From assembly GCA_963745025.1 (NCBI GenBank), contig CAVUWD010000010.1:192001-256000 (forward strand): a DNA stretch of 64,000 nucleotides, in the 5' to 3' direction. The notes under the pieces are model-generated. The model was not told the DNA's origin, made no database searches, and saw only the letters and a program-made list of their open reading frames with translations. Position numbers and translations under genes: made by a program. This DNA is from an uncultured delta proteobacterium. GTDB lineage: Bacteria > Desulfobacterota > Binatia > JACPRU01. Numbering within the stretch: the stretch's first letter is position 1; each line of letters begins with the position of its first letter. This document shows, piece after piece, positions 10,754-23,363 of this stretch.

Positions 10754-11290
10754 ATGTCAGGCCGGCGGATCTATCGCGAAGACGTCGAGATAGCGCAGGC
10801 TGGGGAGAGCGTCCAGCAAGCTGCGCGCCGCATGCGCGAACGCCGCGTCGGCACCCTGGTCGTCGTAGACGACCTCAGGCATCCGATCGGGATCATCACC
10901 GATCGCGATCTTGCCGTGCGCGTGCTCGGGGAAGAGCGAGATCCGGTGACTACGCAGGTCGGAGATGTGATGAGTCGACCACCGGTGGTCGTCTCGCAAG
11001 ACACCCCGACCGAGTCTGCGTTGGCGCTCATGAGTACACGAGCCCGAAGCTTTCGCCGCCTTCCCGTCGTCGATGGCAGGGGTCGCCTCGCCGGTATCAT
11101 CACCGTCGACGGCGCTTTGACGCGAATCGCAGCGGAGCTCGCGTCGATCGACCGCGTCATCGAGGGACAGACGCCATTTCTCACGGACGGCCTCGTCCGG
11201 GAAAACGCGCCTCCCCAGGTTAAACGCGGGCCGCGCGCCGTGTCGCGCCGACCCGCCGCTCTGGGCGAGACCAAGGGCCGATCGACGTGA
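10754..11290 (+). CDS. CBS-pair domain protein
   Basis: PIGIITDRDL, FRRLPVVD, LAGIITVD. Confidence 0.85.
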   Translation: MSGRRIYREDVEIAQAGESVQQAARRMRERRVGTLVVVDDLRHPIGIITDRDLAVRVLGEERDPVTTQVGDVMSRPPVVVSQDTPTESALALMSTRARSFRRLPVVDGRGRLAGIITVDGALTRIAAELASIDRVIEGQTPFLTDGLVRENAPPQVKRGPRAVSRRPAALGETKGRST

Positions 11291-11314
11291 TACGGTCGCG
11301 CGAAAGCCGGTGAC

Positions 11315-14113
<2,799 letters not shown>

Positions 14114-14172
14114 GAGAATCGGTGCCCGCGATTCGCCACAGCTTCGCGAGCCACCCGGGCGCAGCCCGGAAT

Positions 14173-14188
14173 GGGTCCGGGGCTTGCA
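14173..14188 (+). promoter_or_regulatory. Sigma-54 promoter of the malic enzyme unit
   Basis: GGGTCCGGGGCTTGCA (GG-N10-GC), nearly identical to the 7270 site. Confidence 0.65.
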
Positions 14189-14252
14189 TGTTCCAACCAC
14201 GGAGAAGCGCGACGATGGAAGATGCCTTCCGGTTTGGATTGGAGGTCGATTA

Positions 14253-15590
14253 GTGCCGACGAAGGAAGATTTGCTCGCCAAGGCGGCGAAGCCCTCGCAA
14301 GACGCTCTTCGCCTCCATCCGTTCTATCGCGGCAAGATTCAAGTGCTGCCGAAGTGCCCGGTCCGCAACCTCGGCGACTTCGCGGTTTGGTACACGCCCG
14401 GCGTGGCCGCGCCGTGCAAGGAGATCCGCAAACATCCCGAGCTCGTCTGGGAGCACACGAACCGCGGCAACTCGATCGCCGTCGTCACCGACGGGACGCG
14501 CATCCTCGGTCTCGGCGACATCGGTCCCGAGGCCGGTCTTCCGGTGATGGAAGGCAAGGCATTGCTCTTCAAGTACCTAGGCGGCGTCGATGCGGTGCCG
14601 ATCTGTCTCGGTACCAAGGATCCCGACGAGATCGTGCGTACCGTGACGCTCCTCGAGCCCTCCTTCGGCGGCATCAATCTCGAAGACATCGCCCAGCCGA
14701 AGTGCTTCCGTGTGCTGGACCGGCTGCGCGCGGTGATGAAGATTCCCGTTTGGCACGACGACCAGCAGGGCACCGGCACCGTCGTGCTCGCGGGGCTTCG
14801 TAACGCGCTTCGCCTGGTGGGAAAGGAGCTTCGCCGGGTGCGCATCGCGATGATCGGCATGGGCGCGGCCAACGTCGCCAACTACCGGATGCTTCTGGCG
14901 TCCGGCGTAGATCCGGGCGCGATCGTCGCGTGCGACAGCCGCGGAATCCTCCACCCGGGCCGAAGCGACGTCGAAGCGGCGCGCGACGAGTTCGCCGACA
15001 AGTGGCGGGCCTGCACCGACACGAACGCGGATCGCATCCGCGGCGGGATTGTCGAGGCGCTCGGCGGCGCGGACGTGTGTCTCGCCTTCTCGTCCGGGGA
15101 AGCGATCCAGCCCGAGTGGGTGAAGGGGATGCGCAAGGACGCGATCCTCTTCGCATGCGCCAATCCAGTGCCTGAGGTCTGGCCCTGGGAAGCGCGCGCA
15201 GCCGGCGCGCGCATCGTCGCAACCGGCCGCAGCGACTTCCCGAACCAAGTGAACAACTCGCTCGGCTTCCCCGGTATCTTCCGCGGCGTCCTCGACGTTC
15301 GCGCGCGTGCGATCAGCGAAGAGATGGCCATCGCGGCCGCCGATGCCCTGGCCGACTTCGCCGTCGAGCGCGGGCTCGGGGAGGACGACATTCTGCCGCG
15401 AATGGACGAGTGGGAGGTCGTTCCGCGCGTCGCGGTGGCGACTGCCGTCGCGGCGGAACGGCAGGGGCTCGCGGCGCTTCACGTCGACGCCGAGCGTCTC
15501 CACGCGGATGCCGTCCGTCGACTGCGCGATGCCCGCGCATCCGTCGACACGCTGTTCCGGGCAGGGCTGATCGCGCCACCGCCAGATTGA
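14253..15590 (+). CDS. NAD(P)-dependent malic enzyme, short form without a PTA domain
   Basis: YTPGVA, GLPVMEGK, INLEDI, HDDQQGT, GMGAA, ATGRSDFPNQVNN; GTG start after GGAGG. Confidence 0.92.
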   Translation: MPTKEDLLAKAAKPSQDALRLHPFYRGKIQVLPKCPVRNLGDFAVWYTPGVAAPCKEIRKHPELVWEHTNRGNSIAVVTDGTRILGLGDIGPEAGLPVMEGKALLFKYLGGVDAVPICLGTKDPDEIVRTVTLLEPSFGGINLEDIAQPKCFRVLDRLRAVMKIPVWHDDQQGTGTVVLAGLRNALRLVGKELRRVRIAMIGMGAANVANYRMLLASGVDPGAIVACDSRGILHPGRSDVEAARDEFADKWRACTDTNADRIRGGIVEALGGADVCLAFSSGEAIQPEWVKGMRKDAILFACANPVPEVWPWEARAAGARIVATGRSDFPNQVNNSLGFPGIFRGVLDVRARAISEEMAIAAADALADFAVERGLGEDDILPRMDEWEVVPRVAVATAVAAERQGLAALHVDAERLHADAVRRLRDARASVDTLFRAGLIAPPPD

Positions 15591-15601
15591 CGGAGGTCTC
15601 G

Positions 15602-15691
15602 ATGAGTCAGACGACGACGGTTGCGCGCGAGACGATCGCGGGGCACGAAGGCGAGGCGCCGCCCGAAGCTCCGCTCGCGGAGAAGAAGTGA
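15602..15691 (+). CDS. Putative 29-aa small peptide
   Basis: GGAGG RBS then ATG; MSQTTTVARETIAGHEGEAPPEAPLAEKK fills the gap between two co-oriented genes. Confidence 0.4.
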   Translation: MSQTTTVARETIAGHEGEAPPEAPLAEKK

Positions 15692-15707
15692 CCCAGCGGA
15701 GGCTCCC

Positions 15708-16190
15708 ATGGAAATCCTGAGCATCTCGATCGCTCTGCCCGAGGGGACCAACATCGTCGTCGGCCAGGCGCACTTCATCAAGACGGTCGAAGACCTGGCG
15801 GAGATCGTCATCACGACCGTCCCGTCGGCGAGATATGGGCTCGCGTTCAACGAATCGTCGGGGCCCTGTCTCGTCCGGTGCGAAGGAAACGATCCCGAGC
15901 TACGGGAGAGCGCCAGCCGAAATGCCCAGGCGATCGGCGCTGGGCACGTGTTCGTGCTCCTGTTGCGCGAGTGTTACCCGCTGAACGTGCTCGGCCGCAT
16001 CAAGGACTGCCCCGAGGTCTGCTCGGTCTTCTGCGCGACCGCGAATCCAGTCGAGGTGGTCGTGGCCGAGTCGGCGCAGGGCCGAGGGATTCTCGGCGTG
16101 ATCGACGGCCAGAGACCAAAGGGCGTCGAGTCGGCGCCAGACGTCGCCGACCGCAAGGGATTTCTCAGAAGGATCGGCTACAAGTTCTGA
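15708..16190 (+). CDS. Adenosine-specific kinase family protein (DUF355)
   Basis: GQAHFIKTVED, AFNESSGPCLVR, CATANP, GRGILGVIDG, LRRIGYK. Confidence 0.88.
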   Translation: MEILSISIALPEGTNIVVGQAHFIKTVEDLAEIVITTVPSARYGLAFNESSGPCLVRCEGNDPELRESASRNAQAIGAGHVFVLLLRECYPLNVLGRIKDCPEVCSVFCATANPVEVVVAESAQGRGILGVIDGQRPKGVESAPDVADRKGFLRRIGYKF

Positions 16191-16203
16191 GCTCGGCGAT
16201 CGG

Positions 16204-16914
16204 TCAGTGCGCAGCCGGAAGTCGCGGTCTACGCCCGACGGACTTTCGATGGTGCGGCGGAAGGCGGAACATCGCGCCGTCGCGGCCGAGCTCTCCGAAC
16301 GACGGCCGTTCGCCACGGTCCACCGCGCGGATCGTCGGCCGCCCGATGTGTGCGAACACGAGGCGGCGAATGCCGTGCTCGCGCGCCTCGCGGGCCACGT
16401 CGAGAGCCGCGGCGTGGCCCCCCGCGCCAGCCGCGAAGCGGATCGGCCGCCGCCAGCCTGCGGCGTCGGCGAACATCAGATCGGCCGCGGCGGCCCACGC
16501 CGGGAACTCGAGGAACTCCGGAGCCCACACGACCTGAGAGCGGCCCGCCTCGATCCGGTAGCCGCAGGTCCGATGTGACGTGTGTACGACCGGGTGGGGT
16601 GTGATGCGAAGACCGGGCGCAGACCATGCAACCAGGCGGGGTACGAGTCCGCGCGCCATCGCGAGCCGACGGATCGCGATGGCGAGCTCGGCCTTCTCGT
16701 CGGTCACGAGCCATGCGTCGAGGCGCCCGCGTGGCACCGCCGCGGAACCGCCGTCGATCATCACGCGGCTACGGCCATGCGTGACGAGCAAGCCCGCCGG
16801 CGCGTAGCGGGGCGAGTTCATCGCGCCCACGCCGAGGAGCCACAATCGAAGCGGCTCGCCACCGGCTCCGAGATGTCGTCTGCGCCCGCCCCGGAGCGGC
16901 CGACTTTGCTTCAC
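16204..16914 (-). CDS. Degenerate metallo-beta-lactamase-fold protein
   Basis: LLGVGAMNSPRYAPAG, VVHTSH, MFADA, GGH, FAHIG; no canonical HxHxDH. GTG overlaps the upstream stop; start uncertain. Confidence 0.65.
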   Translation of the reverse strand: MKQSRPLRGGRRRHLGAGGEPLRLWLLGVGAMNSPRYAPAGLLVTHGRSRVMIDGGSAAVPRGRLDAWLVTDEKAELAIAIRRLAMARGLVPRLVAWSAPGLRITPHPVVHTSHRTCGYRIEAGRSQVVWAPEFLEFPAWAAAADLMFADAAGWRRPIRFAAGAGGHAAALDVAREAREHGIRRLVFAHIGRPTIRAVDRGERPSFGELGRDGAMFRLPPHHRKSVGRRPRLPAAH

Positions 16915-17345
16915 TCCTCCTCTCGGCCCGGCGTGACCGGAGCCTCGGCGGCGCCTGCGATCCCCGAGGCCGCCGTGGTTTCCTTGCGCTGCTTGCAGGC
17001 GAGGCAAAGGCGCGCGGCGGGAATCGCCCGCAACCGCTCGGCATCGATCGGCGCGCGGCACGACTCGCATGCGCCGTAGAGCCCCGCGGCGATCTTACCG
17101 AGCGCGTGTTGGATCTCCTCGAGCTCCGTTCTCTCGCGATCGTCGAGCCGCGCGAGCAACCGCTTCGCGGCCTCTTCCTGCGCGCGCTCTAGCCATTCGC
17201 TCTCCCGGTCCTCTTCGATCGCGTGGAGGTCCGCTTCGACGCCCTCGAAGACGTGGAAGAGCGTGCGCCGGGCCGCGATGAGCCGTGCGCGCAGCTCGTC
17301 GATCGTCCCACGGTCGAGTGAACGGCGGCGGTTGATCCGGTTCAC
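16911..17345 (-). CDS. TraR/DksA C4 zinc-finger protein
   Basis: Coiled coil then YGACESC...ERLRAIP..RLCLAC. Confidence 0.85.
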   Translation of the reverse strand: MNRINRRRSLDRGTIDELRARLIAARRTLFHVFEGVEADLHAIEEDRESEWLERAQEEAAKRLLARLDDRERTELEEIQHALGKIAAGLYGACESCRAPIDAERLRAIPAARLCLACKQRKETTAASGIAGAAEAPVTPGREEE

Positions 17346-17722
17346 GAGTGATACCTCACTCGCGGCAGGGTGATGTGCAGCACGCCGCCGCACAAGGTCA
17401 CCACCCGTTCCTCGGGCGCGACGGGGAAGGGCAGGCACACCCGGCGGCGAAACGTGCCGCTGCGGACGGCGTCCCGATGCAGGCGACCGAAGCCCGGCTC
17501 GCGGATCTTGCCCTCGACGTGCACTTCGTCTTCGGATGCGAGCACTCTGACGTCGCCGACCTCCACCCCGGCAAAGAAGATGCGGATCTCCAACTCCTCG
17601 TCCGACTCGAGGACTTCGAACGGCGGCTCGAGCGCCTCCGCTTCCCCAGTGACGAGCTCGAGCGCCAACTCCAATTGCGAAGCGGCTTCGTCGCGGTCGT
17701 CCTCAAAAGTGTTGTTCGCCAT
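17342..17722 (-). CDS. Divergent Hsp20-like protein
   Basis: GTFRRRVCLP and CGGVLHITLP alpha-crystallin signature. Confidence 0.7.
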   Translation of the reverse strand: MANNTFEDDRDEAASQLELALELVTGEAEALEPPFEVLESDEELEIRIFFAGVEVGDVRVLASEDEVHVEGKIREPGFGRLHRDAVRSGTFRRRVCLPFPVAPEERVVTLCGGVLHITLPRVRYHS

Positions 17723-17750
17723 TCTCCCGACCTCTCTGATCCCTCAATCA

Positions 17751-17766
17751 AGCAGAAGCCGTGCCA
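17751..17766 (-). promoter_or_regulatory. Sigma-54 promoter of the hsp20-like/DksA/MBL unit
   Basis: TGGCACGGCTTCTGCT, near-consensus. Confidence 0.8.
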
Positions 17767-17867
17767 CCGGTGATCGTCTTACCGCCGGCCGCCGTTGCCA
17801 ACAATGAGAAAGGCGACGCCGGCTCATGACCGAAGCCGGGAATTGCGGAGAATCTTCGTGCGCGGCC

Positions 17868-19232
17868 TCAGAGCGTAACGCTCAGCTCCCTCAGGATCCG
17901 CTGGTGCGACGTTTCGAGCGCCGCGCTGACGCGCACGGGATATGCCGGATCGACTGCGTCGAGGGCGCGCAAGCGGGCCGGCAGCTCGGCGATCCCGCGG
18001 CTCGCGCGGCTCCGAGCCGCCGACAGCGTCTCGCTCCCCGCCGCCGTGCGGCGGCCACCTCGCATGACCTGGACGAGGAGCGGGCGGCCGTCGAGCGCCT
18101 CGTCGTGGTGCGCGATCACGTCGCTCACCGCCTCGCCCTGCGTGAACGTGCGAAACACTTGCTTGCGCCCTGGCAGGATCGGCTTCTCGGGCGAGAGCTT
18201 GGTTCGTCCGATTCCGGCATACTCGACGAGCTTGTAAGCCATGTCGAGATACGGCGCATCATCCGAGACACCCATGTGGGTGCCCACCCCGAATCCAGCG
18301 ATGGGCGCGCCCTGCGCGACGAGCTTGGCGATCGTGTACTCGTCGAGGCTCGAGCTCGCGAAGAGGCTGACCCCCTGGAGGCCCGCTTCGTCGAGTATCC
18401 GGCGCGCCGCCTTCGACAGCGCATCGAGATCCCCGGAATCGAGGCGTAGCGCCGAGATGCGGAAGCGCTCGCCCATCTCGCGCGCGAGCGCTACGACCTT
18501 CCGTACCGCCGCGAGCGTGTCGTACGTGTCGACGAGCAGCACCGTCTCGGGATAGAGGCGCACGAACGCTCGGAAGGCTTCGATCTCGTTCGCATGGGCC
18601 TGGACGTAGCTGTGCGCCATCGTTCCCGCGACGGGAATTCCATAGGTCAGTCCCGCCAGCACATTCGACGTCGAGTGGACGCCCGCTACGTAGAAGGCCC
18701 GGGCCGCCTTCATTCCCGCGTCGGTTCCGTGCATTCGCCGAACTCCGAAATCGACGACCGTGCGACCGTTCGCGGCGGTCACCACCCGAGCCGCCTTGGA
18801 CGCTGCGACCGTCTGGAAGTGCAGCTGATTCATGAGAAACGTCTCGGCGAGCTGCGCCTCGGGAAGCGGAGCGACGACCTCGACGAGGGGCTCGCCGCCG
18901 AACACGACCGTTCCCTCGGGCACGGCGAACACGTCTCCGCGGAATCGGAGACGCGCCAGACGCTCGAGAAAGCGGTCCGAGAACAGTCCGATGCGCGACA
19001 GCGCGGCGATCGCCTCCACCGGGAACGACAACGTCTCGAGATAGCGCAGGACATCATCGAGGCCGCAAGCGACGAGATAGTTGCGATGCTCCGGCAGACG
19101 ACGGACGAAGAGATCGAAGACCGACTCTTCCTCCATCCCCTCCTCGAAGTAGGCCTGGAGCATCGTCAGCTCGTAGAGGTCCGTCAGCAAGGCGGCGTTC
19201 GAATCGTTCACCCATCCGCTTGGACCGTTCAC
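17868..19232 (-). CDS. pncB: Nicotinate phosphoribosyltransferase
   Basis: LLTDLYELTM, DFGVRRMHG, GTMAHS, LLVDTYD, RLDSGD, AYKLVEY. Confidence 0.93.
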   Translation of the reverse strand: MNGPSGWVNDSNAALLTDLYELTMLQAYFEEGMEEESVFDLFVRRLPEHRNYLVACGLDDVLRYLETLSFPVEAIAALSRIGLFSDRFLERLARLRFRGDVFAVPEGTVVFGGEPLVEVVAPLPEAQLAETFLMNQLHFQTVAASKAARVVTAANGRTVVDFGVRRMHGTDAGMKAARAFYVAGVHSTSNVLAGLTYGIPVAGTMAHSYVQAHANEIEAFRAFVRLYPETVLLVDTYDTLAAVRKVVALAREMGERFRISALRLDSGDLDALSKAARRILDEAGLQGVSLFASSSLDEYTIAKLVAQGAPIAGFGVGTHMGVSDDAPYLDMAYKLVEYAGIGRTKLSPEKPILPGRKQVFRTFTQGEAVSDVIAHHDEALDGRPLLVQVMRGGRRTAAGSETLSAARSRASRGIAELPARLRALDAVDPAYPVRVSAALETSHQRILRELSVTL

Positions 19233-19287
19233 TGGACTTCTTCCTCGGACGACTGCGATTCGCCGGACCAGACTTCGCAGATCTCCT

Positions 19288-20226
19288 TCAAGTGTGTGCC
19301 AAGAGGTCTGCGACCGACCGGCCGCGGTGCAGGCGCTCGATTGCCGAGGCGAGCAGCCCGCCGATCGCTACGGCGTGGATCGGCACCGAGCTGCGCGGAG
19401 GGGCCGGCAGGCTGTCGCTGACGATCAGCTGCTCGATCCCGGCGGCCGCGAGTCGCTCGAGAGCCGAACCGCAGAAGAGGCCGTGAGTCGCCACGACCGT
19501 GCTGCCGGGCAAAGCGCCCACGGCGCCGAGCGCCCGGACCGCCGCATCGATCGTCGCTCCCGTGCTGATCATGTCGTCGACGACGAGCGCTCTTCGCCCC
19601 CGCACGTTCCCGCTCACCCCATGGACGCTCACCTCGGTGCCGCTCAGGCGAGTCTTGTGAACGACGGCGACCGGAGAGCCGAGAAGTTGGCCATAGCGGT
19701 CGGCGAGCTTGGCGGCGCCCAAATCGGGCGCGACGACGACGCTCTGCTCGCCCGCGAACGGCCGCGCGGCTTCCGCGAGGAGCGGTACCGCCGTCAGGTG
19801 CTCGACGGGCATGGCGAAGAAGCCTTCGAGCGCCGGGCTGTGCAAGTCGACGGCGACCATCCGTTCGAACCGGCCGACTTGGAACAGGTCGGCGATGAGA
19901 CGCGCCCCGATCGCTTCGCGCCCACGCGCGCGGCGATCGTGGCGGGCGTAACCGAGGTAGGGAACCACGGCGGTTAAACGCCGTGCCCCATCGCGTCGGC
20001 ACGCATCGGCGAGCAGCATCAGCTCGAGCAGATTTCCATCCACGGGAGGACCCGTGGGCTGGACGAGATAGACGTCGTCGCCGCATACGCTCTTCTGAAC
20101 CTCGACGTGCATCTCGCCGTCGGGAAAGCGCTCGAGCGTTCGCGGCACGAGCGTGACGGCGAGTCGCTTTGCGATCGCTTCGGCCAAGGGCACGTTCGCA
20201 GAGCCCGTGAGGATCGTCGGTGCCAT
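19288..20226 (-). CDS. prs: Ribose-phosphate pyrophosphokinase
   Basis: FPDGE, PYLGYARHDRR, DLHS, VVAPDLG, VDDMISTGAT. Confidence 0.93.
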   Translation of the reverse strand: MAPTILTGSANVPLAEAIAKRLAVTLVPRTLERFPDGEMHVEVQKSVCGDDVYLVQPTGPPVDGNLLELMLLADACRRDGARRLTAVVPYLGYARHDRRARGREAIGARLIADLFQVGRFERMVAVDLHSPALEGFFAMPVEHLTAVPLLAEAARPFAGEQSVVVAPDLGAAKLADRYGQLLGSPVAVVHKTRLSGTEVSVHGVSGNVRGRRALVVDDMISTGATIDAAVRALGAVGALPGSTVVATHGLFCGSALERLAAAGIEQLIVSDSLPAPPRSSVPIHAVAIGGLLASAIERLHRGRSVADLLAHT

Positions 20227-20245
20227 GACTCGCCCCGTTCCAGTG

Positions 20246-20261
20246 AGCCAGCAGCGTGCCA
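20246..20261 (-). promoter_or_regulatory. Sigma-54 promoter of prs-pncB
   Basis: TGGCACGCTGCTGGCT (GG-N10-GC). Confidence 0.65.
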
Positions 20262-20459
20262 AACATGGTCCTGATGTGCATTTCGTGCCGGCGCCACAAT
20301 GCTACGGATCCCATGATCGTCCCCGCACGCGCTTTTTGCAATTCTGGGAATCCCCGGTAGCCGTCTTCGCAGAATCGAGAGAGGCCGGGGTCATGAGAAT
20401 TCGCGCCGAGGTCGCCTCGCGAGGCTAGAAGTCTCGGGCCTAGCTGCTAAAATATATTT

Positions 20460-20927
20460 GTGCGGATTCGGCGAATCCTCGCTCCGACGGACTTTTCGAC
20501 GATCTCGCTCGCGGCGGTCGATTATGCGTTAGGCCTAGCGCGCGACATTGGGGCGGAACTCGCGCTCCTCTACGTGGAAGACATGGCGTACGCGCTTCCT
20601 GCCGAACTCGTCTCTACGGAAACGGGGACCCGCGTGATGGAACAGGCGCATCGGGCGGCGCAGCATCAGCTGAAACTTCTCGCCAACCGGGTTCGCAAGC
20701 CCGGGCTCAAAGTTCATGCCCTGATTCTCGCCGGACCGGCGGCCACGCGCATCGTCGAGGCGGCATCGAAGCTCCGCGCCGACTGGATCGTGATGGGCAC
20801 GCACGGTCGCACGGGCATGGCGCGCGCATACCTCGGCAGCATTGCCGAGCGCGTCGTCCGGCAGGCCACGTGCCCCGTGCTGATGGTGCCAAGCCGCAAG
20901 GCGCCGGCTCGCCGCGCCCGCCGTTAA
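20460..20927 (+). CDS. Universal stress protein
   Basis: ILAPTDFS; IVMGTHGRTG...LGSIAERVVR..CPVL. Confidence 0.93.
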   Translation: MRIRRILAPTDFSTISLAAVDYALGLARDIGAELALLYVEDMAYALPAELVSTETGTRVMEQAHRAAQHQLKLLANRVRKPGLKVHALILAGPAATRIVEAASKLRADWIVMGTHGRTGMARAYLGSIAERVVRQATCPVLMVPSRKAPARRARR

Positions 20928-21808
20928 CCCGGCGGACTCCCGCCAGCGACGAGCTCGCCGCATTCACTTTCGCGGCCGCGCACGACGCGTCGGCCGCGAA
21001 ACGGGCCGCGGGTCTCCGTCACGACCGTCGCCTGCCGCTCGCCTCGACCATCATCCGCGTAGATGACCACCCAGTCGGCGGTCTTTCCGAGCTCGTGCGC
21101 CCGGAAGCTGTTCGAGAAGAGAGCCGTGTAGTGTCGGCCCCCGCGCTCGGTGTGGAGGATCGGGAGCCACGCTTCGCTCCGCGGATTGAAGCGGCGCGGG
21201 GTGATGCGATGGAGGGTTCCCGCCGCCGCCCGCTCGCGATACTCGCGATCCACGTCGAGAAGCTCGGCAACCGGGGGTTCGGCTCGGCTCGAGACGGGAA
21301 CGCGGGCTCTGCGGCCGAGCCTTCCCGCCAGGGCCTCGATGACGCCACGAAGTCGGCGTGTGCCGAAGCCTCTCACCGTCGCCAGGCGACCCTCGTGCGC
21401 CGCGACTTCGAGCTCCTCGAGCGTCTCGACCCCGAGCTGCTCGTGAATTCTCTTCGCCAGCTCGGCCCCCACGCCCGGAATCGTGGCGAGCAGTGCCTCC
21501 GCGCCGGCCTCGCCTCGGAGACGTTCGAGGAGGGCAAGCCGTCCGGTTTCGACGATCTCTGCGATCACGCGCGCGAGACTCTCGCCGACGCCGGGAAGCT
21601 TCGTGAGCTCGGGGATGCCGCCGGAGGCGAGAATCTCGGCCACGGGCCGCTCTAGCTGCCGCACCGTGGTGGCCGCGCGCCGGTACGCCAGGGTGCGAAA
21701 CGGGTTGGCTTGCTGCGACGCGAGCAGCTCACCGACCTCATCGAGCGCTTGGGCAACGTCCTCGTTCTGCGTGCCTGAAGCGGGCGGGCGCGCGAGAGCG
21801 TGTGGCAC
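20924..21808 (-). CDS. PolX-like helix-hairpin-helix protein lacking the polymerase core
   Basis: NPFRTLAYRRAA and HhH motifs LPGVG, IPGVG, VRGFG, followed by an unrelated C-terminal region (PRRFNP..WLP; TALFSN..AHELGKT.DWVVIY). Confidence 0.75.
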   Translation of the reverse strand: MPHALARPPASGTQNEDVAQALDEVGELLASQQANPFRTLAYRRAATTVRQLERPVAEILASGGIPELTKLPGVGESLARVIAEIVETGRLALLERLRGEAGAEALLATIPGVGAELAKRIHEQLGVETLEELEVAAHEGRLATVRGFGTRRLRGVIEALAGRLGRRARVPVSSRAEPPVAELLDVDREYRERAAAGTLHRITPRRFNPRSEAWLPILHTERGGRHYTALFSNSFRAHELGKTADWVVIYADDGRGERQATVVTETRGPFRGRRVVRGRESECGELVAGGSPPG

Positions 21809-21810
21809 CG

Positions 21811-22071
21811 TTACCCCTTCCCCGCGCGTGCCGCGAGATACGCGACGCAGCGTTCGAGGCTCGAAAGCTTCGGGTAGTCCTCCTCCGGAATGTCGACGCC
21901 GAGCGCCTCGTGGACGCGGACGAAGAAGTTGAGGAGGTCGACCGAGTCGAGGTCGAGCTGGTCCCGCCAATCGACTTTCGGGTCGATCGACGCGGGGTCG
22001 ACTTCCGGGGCGATCGTGCGAAGCACCCGCAGGACCGTTTCACGGATCCCTTGCTCGTAGGCCGCGCTCAC
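21811..22071 (-). CDS. Acyl carrier protein
   Basis: QLDLDSVDLLNF (phosphopantetheine Ser) and VDIPEEDY; GTGA overlap with the E2 stop. Confidence 0.88.
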   Translation of the reverse strand: MSAAYEQGIRETVLRVLRTIAPEVDPASIDPKVDWRDQLDLDSVDLLNFFVRVHEALGVDIPEEDYPKLSSLERCVAYLAARAGKG

Positions 22072-23363
22072 AGCTTCTCCGGCTCCTGCAACAGCGCGTC
22101 GATCGCGGCGAGGAAGCGACCCCCGCGATGGCCGTCGCTCACGCGGTGGTCGGCAGAAAGCGTCGCCGAGATCACCGGACGGACGCCGAGCATGCCGCCC
22201 GAGGCCCACGGTCGCTCCACGACCTTGCCGAAGCCGACGAGCGCAACCTGCGGCGGATGGATGACACCGAACACGCTTTCCACGCCCTGGTCCCCGAGGT
22301 TGGTCACCGTGATCGTCGCGTCGGCGATCTCGGAGCTTCGCAACACGCCCGTCCGTGCTCGGTTGGTGACGTCCAGAATTTCCTTCATGAGCTCGCCGAG
22401 CGGCTTGCGATCTGCATCGTGCAGGGCAGGGGCCACGAGCCCCCCTTTCCGGAGCGAGATCGCCATGCCGACGTGGACGTGCTCGCTCGGGCGAAACTCG
22501 CCGTCGATCCAGAAGCCGTTCATCTCGGGTGCTGCGCGCGCGGCGAGCGCCACCGCTTTGACGAGCAGCAGCGAATGTAGCAGCCGCTCGGTGACCGGCC
22601 GTTTGCGGTTCTCCTCGGCGAGCCACGCGAGCGCCCGCCCGAGGTCGATGTGCGTCTCGAGATAATAGTGCGGGATCTCCCGCTTGGCGCGCGTCATGGC
22701 CGTGGCAATCGCCCGGCGCATCGCGGCCGTGCGCTCCTCGACGGTTTTCTGCGCCGCTCGCTCGGCCGGAGCGGGAGGCGCCGCGGGCGGGGGGACCGCC
22801 GGCAGCGCCGCTTCCCGAGCTGCCGCTGGCTTCGGAACGCCGCGAGCGGCCGCAGTATTCTCAACATCGGCCACGCGGATGACGTTCCCTTCGCCAGCAA
22901 TCACCGTGGCGAGATCGACGTTGAGCTCTGCGGCACGACGCCGCGCGAGCGGCGAGACCCGCGGCCGTGCGCCGCCCCCCGGCGGCTCGACGCCCGGAGG
23001 TGTTCGCGGTGCCCGTGCGGGCGCTGGCGGGGCCGGGCTCGGGGGGGGCGGCGCTTTCTCGCGAGGAATCGGCTCGCGCGGTGCCGGTGGCGCAGCCTTT
23101 GCGGGCGTCTCGGCAGCGGCCGCCTGGCCGTCTCGTCCGATCATCGCCATCACCGCGCCGACGGCGAGCTCCGTCCCCGGCTCGGCGAGGAGTGACTCGA
23201 TCACTCCATCCTCGAACACCTCGATCTCGATCAGCCCCTTGTCCGTCTCGACGAGGGCGATGATGTCGCCGCGGCGCACGCGGTCGCCGGGCTTCACCAT
23301 CCACTCGACGAGGGTGCCGTAGTCCATGTCGGCACCGAGCGAGGGCATGAGGAACTCAGCCAT
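22068..23363 (-). CDS. Dihydrolipoamide acyltransferase E2
   Basis: Lipoyl motif VETDKG, Pro/Ala linkers, SPLARR subunit-binding region, catalytic DHRVSDG. Confidence 0.92.
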   Translation of the reverse strand: MAEFLMPSLGADMDYGTLVEWMVKPGDRVRRGDIIALVETDKGLIEIEVFEDGVIESLLAEPGTELAVGAVMAMIGRDGQAAAAETPAKAAPPAPREPIPREKAPPPPSPAPPAPARAPRTPPGVEPPGGGARPRVSPLARRRAAELNVDLATVIAGEGNVIRVADVENTAAARGVPKPAAAREAALPAVPPPAAPPAPAERAAQKTVEERTAAMRRAIATAMTRAKREIPHYYLETHIDLGRALAWLAEENRKRPVTERLLHSLLLVKAVALAARAAPEMNGFWIDGEFRPSEHVHVGMAISLRKGGLVAPALHDADRKPLGELMKEILDVTNRARTGVLRSSEIADATITVTNLGDQGVESVFGVIHPPQVALVGFGKVVERPWASGGMLGVRPVISATLSADHRVSDGHRGGRFLAAIDALLQEPEKL

